A stretch of 53,707 nt of DNA, the filler included, from Ionaspis alba (Eukaryota), in NCBI GenBank assembly GCA_964255285.1. It is 3 parts of 3 records of this genome, joined end to end, with 100 filler letters (N's around TTAATTAATTAA, not from the genome) between each part and the next. Parts side by side here need not be neighbours in the genome. Positions count along the whole stretch, not along the records: positions 17,965 to 35,803 come from CAXUUL010000309.1; positions 35,904 to 53,707 come from CAXUUL010000310.1; 1 more part is not named here. The stretch is one strand, 5' to 3'. Positions 26,477 through 36,384 of this stretch are shown here, piece by piece (within the stretch, counting starts at the first letter, position 1; every line of letters begins with the position of its first letter). Both the position numbers and the translations under genes were made by a program. The notes below the pieces were generated by a model. That model worked only from the letters and a program-made list of their open reading frames with translations. It did no database searches and was not told the DNA's origin.

Positions 26477-27911
26477 CTATAACAGACCGCAGTCCCGGAG
26501 ATTCTCCTGGATTATGATATCTGTGGTTTCGTTAGTATCAAGTCCACAAAGCGGGAGACGGCAGGTTGAAATAGGGTATCGACAAAATGCTAGTGCTTAC
26601 CATTCACCGCCGCCATGACGAATCGAATCTGTGTGGTATCGGTAGCACACGTGAAGTGGGTATAGATTTGCTTGGTCTCATGTTGATTCAGAGAAACGAA
26701 ACGGTTCAAGATATAGTCGCAGGCCGCAGCATAGTCAGGTCCACCTTCAGCAAAATTAGATTTTTGGTGATCCCTTCCATTCAATCCATTTTGATTAAGC
26801 TTGCCTTCATAATCGGGGAAGTAGTTCTTCATCGGGCTAACTGGAAGTTTCTCCTTGAATCTATCGATCTTGTTCAGGAACAAGATGATGGATGTCTTGA
26901 CGAACCACCGCGAGTTGCAGATGGAGTCGAAAAGAGTCAACGCCTCTTGCATCCGATTCACTGTCTCATCCTCGAATAGGAGCTGGTCATACTCCGAGAT
27001 GGCCACAAGGAAAAGAATCGTTGTGACATTCTCGAAGCAGTGGATCCACTTCTTCCTCTCTGATCGCTGCCCACCAACGTCGAACATGCGATATGTCAAC
27101 TCGCCGATGATGAACGTGCTTTCTGTTATGCCAGTGGTCTTGACACGAGATCGGAGTACGTCTTGATCGTTGGGTAGGTAATCAGGTTGTGCTATTCTCC
27201 CAATGGAATCGAAGTAGCTAAGAAGCAGATGGACATTAGCATGAGCTCGGTTTGCTCATTCGCTGAAACGTCGCAGATAGCAAAGCATGTCGACGGCTGA
27301 ACATCATAAAGCAGTAAAGTACGCAAGAGCTGTATAGATGTCGCGAAATGGGGATCAGTAAACAAGCTCGGAGGACGACGGATACATACTATCTAGCAGA
27401 GTCGTTCAACTGGTACTCCCTCGATCGCTTGAAACACTCTTGCACACCAAGGTCCTTCCATAATGCCTCGATGGCAGTGCCAACCTCTGGGGGTAAGCTT
27501 TCGCCTTCAATCTGTGCGGGCTGCATGAAAATGGTCTGGACATGGTATTCGGCTCGTTGGTCGTCGAGAGGTAGTTCAAGCGACTCCATGGCCTCGAGGA
27601 TGACGCGCATAGATTGGACGGTGTTGCTGTAAATGATCTCCTTGAAGGATTCCCGTTCATCTCTCGAGTAGCCGCCCTCGTTTATGAGCTTCATCTGCTT
27701 GAGGATTGTCGATTTGCCCGATTCTCCAGCTCCTGTGTCAACATAAGCATTGATGGTCTGCGCCTTGTACAAGTTCCGAGAAGTGTCTCATACCCAGCAA
27801 CAACATCTTGATTTCATTCCGTTGTGACATTCTATCCCTTTTCAATTGAGTTTCAATCTCCTCATTTCTCAGCTTTCCCTCCTTCTCCTCTGTACTCATT
27901 CCACAGCCCAT
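26477..27911 (-). CDS. GNA1: Heterotrimeric G-protein alpha subunit, fungal group I (GNA-1/FadA type), 353 aa; exons 27911-27794, 27732-27390, 27217-26805, 26744-26601, 26520-26477
   Basis: MGCGMS myristoylation/palmitoylation start, [28 protein letters not shown] and C-terminal CGLL. Exons sum to 1062 nt. Intron 3 (26804-26745) is GC-AG. Confidence 0.98.
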
Positions 27912-29309
27912 CTTGGCGGTCGTGGAGCGTGTTTAAAGGAATGAAAAGTGTACTGCTGAGGAAGAGCGGTCAGCCTTGTCTGTTGCGCAATCTCGACAAC
28001 GACACGAGCTGCAATGCTTGGGAAGTGGTGATCGCAATAGCTTCAATGTCGCCAAAACTCAATAAAAAGATGGAATAATCTGGACAATGTTCTGATGTGA
28101 TGGTCGTTAAGGAGGACGTGGTAAGTCAGACGAAGGTTGGATGAGAAAGCCTCGAGGGTAAGAATGCTCAACCCGCACATTCAACGGAGTATCGATTGCT
28201 GACCTATCAAAGTGAAGTGGATATCTGCATTTACAAAGTGATTCGGTGACGCTGGAGGGCGACTGCCAGTGGATGCTTATGGAAGAAAGAGATGGTCGGT
28301 CGCGCACCGTCTTGACAGATGGTGAGGTTGGCAATAGTCAAAACTAGAGTGGACTTCAGCCGGGGGGAGAAGCTGAGCCAACTTTTAGCGTCCTTTCCCC
28401 TGAAGGGAACTCCAACTACGGAGCTGTGGGTCCGGCAGTGAACAAAGCCAGATAAGGAACCGGGAGTTGGAATGAAAAGGAAAAGGGCTCTCTTTTGTGT
28501 ATAAGATAGATCTGGTCTTAAAGGATTATTGTGATGAATAATAACAAGACGGCAAAGGTTGTACCGGTGTCAGGACGGGAGAGGCATTCCACGAGGTGGC
28601 CCCTCGGGCAGTGACGGGGGTAGGCAGGATGCTGGTAGCTCAAACGACGACTAATTAAAGAGCCTGGATTGAAGTGGCCTCAAACGAGGAGCAACTGGTA
28701 CGCTGTGCCTTGAGCTTGCATGAGTTCATTACCTGCCACAGGATGCATACTCAGCCATAATAACCATCTTCATACACTCTGACCACACGGGGAACATGTT
28801 CTATTGTGAGGATATACATAGCAACCTCGAATGCAATTGCGGCAAGTCCCCAAAAATAATTTTGCGTATGCAGAGGTTCCCAATGATCCTCCAATAATCG
28901 ACACTGCATTCACTTGGGTTTTGTGTGATCTTCTAGAACGTGACACCTGCCAATCTAGACAAGGCCGTGAAGAGGCTCCCCACGCCGCTTTCGACATATG
29001 TTGGTTACCAGCCAGTGCAACCTTGACCGGCCATCGGGACCTTGCAGGAGCGGATTTTCTCAAATATTGACGTCTGCAACCAATATATAGAATGGGAAGA
29101 AGAAGCTAATCTGGTTCCGCTCCAATCCTTCACGAGTATCGAAGATCATCTCTCTTGCACTTTGCAGACCATCACGTTGTTCCATGAACATGGTGATGCG
29201 AAAACCTTGGAATTAATAGAACATATTCAGATGGTTCAGTGTTCCATGCACATCATGTACATGTGCCTCTCCTCAAGCACATGAAAGCCACACTTCTCTT
29301 ACTATTCCT

Positions 29310-31347
29310 TCAGGAGCGATTCTCCAGTTCTATGCCCTGATCGCGAGTCTCGAGAACCTCACTCTGTAGCCCGTTACCTCTACCAATTCTCCTTCTGATC
29401 TGATTTCCCATCTTTTGTAACCCGTGAATAATAGGAATGTCTGACACTTTCTGAAGTCCTATGACATCGCCAATGGCTTCCAGGTCACGTCCTTTTGTCT
29501 CGGGCATGAATAGCACCCCAACGACAATCGTCACAAGCAGACAGCCGCCAAAGAGGAAGTATATCGCTGATGATGATCGAGCAAGAAGAATAGGTGTGAT
29601 GAAAGCGACCAAGAAATTCGTTATCTGAAAGTCACCAGCATCAGTATACTGATCCTTGTTGAATTCAGACAACCCAGCGTGGGGATGCTTACACAATTGG
29701 CAGCCTGGGCGAGGCTAGTAGCGGTTGCACGTGTAGTCACAGGTTGGATCTCAGAGGCGAAGAGCTTCACACTCATAGCCCAGGCTATTGAGTCACAAGA
29801 TCAGTGAGTTATGCTTGAGACTGAGGAGTATGAAAAAGCGCTTTGAGACTTACTCGTGGAGTAGGCGACGGAGAATATATAGATTGTGACAATGACTGTC
29901 CACCTTCCAACACCATACGTTGCGTGCACACTGTCCGTCACGTATAGCATAGCCATTATAGTCATACAAGAAAACAGGACAACACCTCCGTAGATAGTCG
30001 TAGGTCGCCGACCCCATTTGTCAACCACAAGAACAGCGAGGACAGTAAAGACGAAAATGAGCACGGCAGAGACACCGGACGCAAGGAACGTGGCTTGGGA
30101 GGAAGATATACCGGCCTGTTGGAAAAGCAGAGGCGCGTACTAAAGTGGCGGTAAGAACAGGAAGGCATTAAAGCGTTTGGAACTTCTTCAAAGGAGATGG
30201 ATGGAGACTCACATAGATGACACCATCGATGCCACTGAGTTGCTGCATTGACATCATAAACACCCCCAAGAACATTGGCTTCCTCGTCCCCTTACCGAAG
30301 ATTTTGATAGACGTAACGACATTTGCCCGCATTCTTCCCAAGAGCCCAACCTTCGTAACTTCTGTTGGTCTGGGTGCGGTATCATCCGTTGTCGCTGGAT
30401 TGAGAAGCAGGTCCTTTTCACGCTCGGCACTCGATACGCCGAGTTTGTCCCAAGCTCTGCTTGCTTCTTCCTTTCGTCCTTTGTATGCCAGCCACCGAGG
30501 CGACTCAGACAAGTAGAAGAATGAAGAGAAAACCAGGAGCAATGCAATACCAGACTGGAGTGCTAAAGGAAGCCGCCACGATAGTGAAGAATTTACCTGG
30601 ACAGTACCATAACAAGCGAAGTATCCCACACACAAGCCGATAGTAATGAACACTTGAACAACAGCAGCTAATCGACCACGTTTGTTTGGAGGTGCGATCT
30701 CGCAGACATAGCTACCATTTCATCGAATGAGCTTTGTGGGAGGCGGCCAGAAATAAGGAAGAAAGCTTCCACTCACACCACAATCGCGCTCAGAAAAAGG
30801 CCTTCACCAATGCCAACCACGCATCGACCAGCGATGAGCATACCAATGCTGACGGCACCAGCCTCAAGAGCTGCCCCGGTAGCGAAGACCAGGGCACCCA
30901 GAGCAACAGCTCGGGTTCGCCCCAAGCTATCGGACAACGGACCAGAAAATATAGAAGCAAAGGTTGCAGAAAGTTGCACAGAGGAGATAACGAAGCCAAG
31001 TAATGAAGATGAGAGTCCACCAAAGCTATCAGTAAAGGAGGGCATAGCTGTTACAGGGCCAATAGTGCCAGTATCAAGNNNNNNNNNNNNNNNNNNNNNN
31101 NNNNNNNNNNNNNNNNNNNNNNNNNNNNNNNNNNNNNNNNNNNNNNNNNNNNNNNNNNNNNNNNNNNNNNNNNNNNNNAGCTATCAGTAAAGGAGGGCAT
31201 AGCTGTTACAGGGCCAATAGTGCCAGTATCAAGTCCATTGAGGAGGCCGCCAACAGAGACAACTAAAGTCGCAATGATATATGGAGGCGGATGCCGAGCC
31301 GTCTGAACCCATTGGTGCCTTTTCAGATTCTCCCAAGTAGAAGTCAT
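29310..31347 (-). CDS. MFS sugar porter family transporter; exons 31347-30777 (spanning a false gap), 30711-30213, 30139-29854, 29784-29693, 29624-29310
   Basis: GGLLNGLDTG, SDSLGR, GRCVVGIGEG, YVCEIAP, SWRLP, ESPRWL, QQLSGIDGVIYYAP, VDKWGRR and PETKGRDLE motifs. Four GT..AG introns. Confidence 0.93.
31024..31233. repeat. Exact 55-bp direct duplication (31024-31078 = 31179-31233) flanking the 100-N gap 31079-31178; assembly overlap artefact
   Basis: Identical 55-mer AGCTATCAGT...GTATCAAG on both sides of the gap. Collapsing the two copies restores the transporter reading frame. Confidence 0.92.
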
Positions 31348-31693
31348 GATGCTTGAATAGAATCGAAAGTTCTAAATGTGTGATTTCGTTCTCACTGAGA
31401 TCGAACTGATACAAATGGTTCTAAGGAGTCAAGAAAGCAGACTGTGGACAAGGGAAAGGAAGCACCGCAACGTAGTCTTATCTTCCTAAACCACCAAAAT
31501 ATGACATCAGTGCTATGACCCTCTAACTCGGTGGACATGGTCCATGTCGATGATCCTAAATGCTTGCGTTCTCCAAATCTCAGGGTGCCCAATATCCCTG
31601 GAGGATTCAGTAACACAGTGATTATAAATCTCATGCGGGCGGAATCCTCATTCCGCATGTTGTTGACGACAATTCCTCCGCAATTCCGTGACG

Positions 31694-32996
31694 ATGTCAA
31701 CCTCTAGGCCTTTCACGATCAATATACCGCAAGCAAAGCTCGATGTTCTCAGACAGAAGTTGCTACTCGCTGAGTTCCCTGACGAGTTAGAGGAAGCAGG
31801 ATGGGACCTCGGTTGTCCGCTTGAGGAAATCAAACGTCTGACAAGTGCTTGGGTAAAATGGGATTGGCGACAGGCCGAGAAGAGATTGAATCAATATCCT
31901 CAGTTTCATGCTGACATTGATGTGGATGGCTTCGGAACTTTGGACGTCCATTTTGTGCACCAGAAGAGCAAGGTTGGCGAAGCTATCCCACTGCTCTTTG
32001 TCCATGGCTGTGAGTGTGGTCATCTGTGCAGCGTCTTCGATAACATCTCCTTTTTTATTGCTTGTCGTGTTGTTCCCATTCATTCTCGTCGATATCAGCT
32101 TCACCGAAAACGAAGAACAGCATTCTGAGGCCATACACAGGGCCGGGTTCTTTCATTGAAGCCCTCAAAGTCCTTCCTCTGCTCACTCACCAAAACCCTC
32201 CCAACCCATCTTTCCACGTTGTAGCACCTTCCCTCCCCAACTTCGGATTCAGCCAAAGTGTCTCCAAGCGTGGTTTTGCACTGGCCCAGTATGCCGAGAC
32301 CTGCCACAAACTGATGATCTCGCTCGGATACACGGAGTATGTCACGCAAGCCGGAGATTGGGGCTTCTGGATCACCAGAACGATTGGGAAATTGTATCCC
32401 AAGAACTGCGTGGCAAGCCATCTCAATATGGTCTACGCAAAGGCACCGAACTTTGCGGGAAATGCTCGTCTGCAAATGGAGCATGAGCTGTTGCCATATA
32501 GTGAAAATGAGAAGAAAGGGATGGAGAGGAGGGAACGCTTTCAGCAAGAAGGGAAAGGTACGTGTCAAAACCTGATATGCCACGCCTTCCGGCTGATTAA
32601 GAGGACAGGATATAATCTACTCCAATCTACGAAACCTCAGACTGTGAGCTACGCTTTACGAGACTCTCCCGTTGCCCTACTGGGCTGGATCTACGAAAAG
32701 TTACACGACTGGGCCGACGATTACCCCTGGACTGATGATGAAATTCTCACTTGGACCAGCATCTACTACTTCAGCCGCGCAGGTCCGGGTGCTGCTCATA
32801 GGATATACTACGAGACCATGCACTCCGCGTCTCACAAGGACGATCCCAAGAGCTTTACGTACGATGACTTGCAAGCATATACTCCACATGTCAAGTTTGG
32901 GCTCACGTACAATCCCAAGGAATTGGAGAATGTGCCCAAAGCCTGGGGGCGGACACTGGGAGATGTGGTCTACGAAGTGGAAAACGAAAAAGGAGG
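31694..32996 (+). CDS. Microsomal-type epoxide hydrolase (alpha/beta hydrolase), last exon missing in the gap; exons 31694-32009, 32141-32557, 32609-32996
   Basis: RPFTINIP N-terminal domain, WDWRQAEKRLN, HGWPGSF (formed across intron 32010-32140), PSLPNFGFS, nucleophile QAGDWG and DSPVALLGWIYEK. A GTAAG donor at 32997 is followed by gap 33002-33101. Confidence 0.92.
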
Positions 32997-33001
32997 GTAA
33001 G

Positions 33002-33101
33002 NNNNNNNNNNNNNNNNNNNNNNNNNNNNNNNNNNNNNNNNNNNNNNNNNNNNNNNNNNNNNNNNNNNNNNNNNNNNNNNNNNNNNNNNNNNNNNNNNNN
33101 N
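33002..33101. other. 100-N scaffold gap hiding the last epoxide hydrolase exon
   Basis: Run of 100 N directly after a splice donor. Confidence 0.99.
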
Positions 33102-33411
33102 GAAGAACCACTGATCCATAGACACAAAGTAACTGAAGAATCATTCCTGGTCCATTGCTTTGTACGTAACAGTCCAGCGGCATACATAAGACCAGCAGTC
33201 TCCGACCTCCATGTCTCATATCAACAAGCTCTACCCCTTTCCTCCCCAGCAGAAGCACAAGAAACGCCTCGCAAGACACCCTCAGAAATCAGCACCCGTA
33301 GCATCATACCCAACAGCAATCCCAATCCCCAACTCCGCAATTTCAGAAAAATGCAACGCAAATAGCTCCATCTCCTTCCACCATCTCAAAACCAGCACGA
33401 CCCCTCCCCAC

Positions 33412-35512
33412 TCAAGACTTCGACCTCCCCACCGCCGTCGCCGCACCCACACTCCCGATCCTCCCACTCGTCTTCCTCACCCCGCTCTTCTCCCTACTCT
33501 CCGCACTCCTCCTCGGACTTGCCCTCATCTTCGCCACACCTAACGTCCCACTCCCACTCCCACTCTTCCCAGCACTCCCCTTCTCCCTCTTCTCCTCTCC
33601 AACCACCATCATCCCACCTGCACCCGGACCCCAGTTCTCCACATCCGACATCGCCATACCGCCCTCTCCGCCATCATCCTCACCAAGATTACTATACCTC
33701 GTCGTCGTCGTCGTAGTCGTGTAGCTAATAGCGCGCTTCTTATCACTACTCTGCGGCGAGCGGGAGCTCGTCCGGCGACTGAGCATGCGCAGTTGCCACT
33801 CCTCTTCGCTTTCGCTGTCGCCCTGGCCCTGACTGCGGCGGTGGGAGCGCATTTCGACGATTTCGTGTGCGGGTGGTTCGTCCTCGCGGATAGCGTAGGA
33901 AGCGGACTGCGCGCGGGCGAAAGCACGGACTGGGGAGTTGAGACGGCTCGTTTTGCGCGGCTGGCCGGGCGTAGGTGCGGGTAGGCACTCGTCCATGGTG
34001 GTGGAGGTGGGGGCGGCTTCGTTGTTGGTGATTTCGCCGAGAGCGGCGCGTTTGCTGCTTTGACTGTTGTTGGGAGGCGTGGCGGTTTGGGTGTTTGTGA
34101 GCGTGCGGTGTCGGGAGGGGGAGGTGGTTTTGGTGGGCGTGCTGGGCAGCATGGCGGCGAGCTTCTCTTTCATGGTGTCTTCCCACCACCATTCGCGGAA
34201 GGTGCCTTGGTTCAGGTGCAGCCAATGTTGTTGAGGGCCGACGACCATACCGGGACGCATGAAGCGCATGAAGGAAATGATTTCATTGGCGGTGAAGCCG
34301 TGGCGGTAAATGAGATAGGCACCGATTAGACAGCCAGTGCGGCCGAGACCGGCTTTGCAGTGGACTGCGATGCCTTTCTTCCGCGCGATCATGTCGTGGG
34401 CTAGCTTGATGAACTTCCTGACCAGTGGTAATGGAGGACATGTGCCATCGTCGAAGATCATGTCAACGTGATTGATTCCAAGAGCAGTGAAGTAGGAAGG
34501 ACAGTACAGCTCCGAGTTGAGGCGCACAACGAGACCAATATCTCGCTCCTTGAAATGAGAAAGGACGTTCTTGAACGGTTGTGGTAAGTGTGAAGCATGC
34601 ACACTGGCGACATCCGATGGCAGAGCAGCGAATTGAGGTGATGCTGTTGATATCGGCGCCACAGGCTTGTGCTGCGGAGAGGCGAAGGCCAAAAATTGAG
34701 GCGTGACCCAGTTGAAATCTCCCATGTCGACTCTCTCATATCTCTCATATCTGATCCCGAGTCAGCATCTCCTTTCGTCTAACGATGACTTCAAACACTC
34801 ACTCGTCCAAACTGAAATCCTTAAGTCCACAAAGGCCCTCCTCCTTCGCCTTCCACACCCCATACACTACATCTTGCACACAGATTCCGTAGTCCGCTTG
34901 ACTATAGCCCGCATCACGGAATGGCATGAGTGGTGGATCGGCTTGCGCAATCGGTGCCAGTGCCAAATGCGGTGGCCAAGACTGGATGAGAATCATGTAG
35001 CAGGCAAGCAGACATGCGGCGTTCGCACGACTCCGCGCATCGGCTTTACTCCAGAAGACGACTCCTCTGTCCGCGTTGTCGGGATCTGCCAGCACCTCGT
35101 GGAGCTGGACGGCGAAGCGATACAAATGTCCGATGTGCAGTGGGCCGAAGTCGGCATGGAAGCGGTTGTAGAGTAGAGTGTCGTCGATAGTGAAGTACAC
35201 GGGTGGGTTGACTCTTGGGCCCGCCTGGACGGGTGTCGGTCCTGATTGCGATTTCGAGGAGCGCTTGTGTGGTGATCTGGTTGCTGGAGAGGGGTACGGG
35301 AAGGGAGTCGATTCGTTTGGTGCATGCGTGTACGATGCGAGATATAGACGATCTGGTTTGCGACGAGTTAGCTGATGTAGAAGGAGTGTTTGCGCCGCCC
35401 AGTACCGCATGTACCTAGAAGTATATTGTTGATACATACCTTGGATATACTCTATGACTTGTCCATAACTAGTCGCAGATGCCGTCGGCATCTTCGCCGC
35501 AGAAGGCGGCAT
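33412..35512 (-). CDS. CDC14: Dual-specificity protein phosphatase Cdc14; exons 35512-35440, 35352-34803, 34750-33412
   Basis: YGQVIEYIQDRLYLA, FHADFGPLHIG, MPFRDAGY, GDFNW, catalytic HCKAGLGRTG and RPGMVVGPQQ. Introns 35439-35353 and 34802-34751. The start could also be the second Met. Confidence 0.96.
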
Positions 35513-35803
35513 ACTCTTTCCACTCGATGGCAAGTACAGTAACGCTGGCGATACCTTCCAAGTGCACAGAAGCCTTTGTCGCAAGTCGTAAACTTCTGAG
35601 TTGGCCGAAGCTTTTCGAATTTGGAGAAGGAGCAGCTGGCTTGTTTATCGATGCAGATCAAACAAATGCAGTACCCAAACAATGCGTTCCCACGCTGATC
35701 CGACAAATGCTTTTCGCTACTGGCGTCAATAATGCTAGATAAAAGCTGCGGAGTGTAAGAGATGCGACTGGACCAAAGAAGAAGAGAGTGGAAGTGGGAT
35801 GCT

Positions 35804-35903
35804 NNNNNNNNNNNNNNNNNNNNNNNNNNNNNNNNNNNNNNNNNNNNTTAATTAATTAANNNNNNNNNNNNNNNNNNNNNNNNNNNNNNNNNNNNNNNNN
35901 NNN
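35804..35903. other. Assembly join: N44-TTAATTAATTAA-N44 artificial linker
   Basis: 12-mer at 35848-35859 centred in the Ns, same design as 17865-17964. Confidence 0.95.
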
Positions 35904-36384
35904 GGTTGTGGAGCTGGAGGTGTGGGAGAGGATGGGATGGATGGGAGTGCCAGGGAATGACTTCTAGGGGAAGGGGACTGTTGGGGCGAGTAGGGATTGG
36001 AAGGGTAGTGGATTAAGTGAGATTCTAAGAGCATGCTGCAGCCCTTGTGAGATTTGTGCCATTGATGTGAAGTGGGTTAGATCTCATGGCTCAAACCATT
36101 GTCCTCCTACATGACATTGGATCATGAGGTCTGGTGAAGCAAGAGACACAGTACCTCGACTTCGGGCCGTATTTATTTGTCGCTAGGACTAAAAACTAAA
36201 GACCAGAAACCCTGACCCGCTTTATACCGTATTCGGAAGGAAATATGTTACACGGCCTCGGTAAACGTCGCGTCTTCCGGACGCGTATATTTAATTGTCT
36301 GGTCGTAACACAGGAATATTGTACATTCACGGTCGCTGTATCGACGTTTACCTGCTCGTTGGAGGGGACGATGAGTCAGAAGAC

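Noticed and set aside
28770..29284. ORFs between GNA1 and the sugar transporter
   Set aside because: Short, with no identifiable domain.
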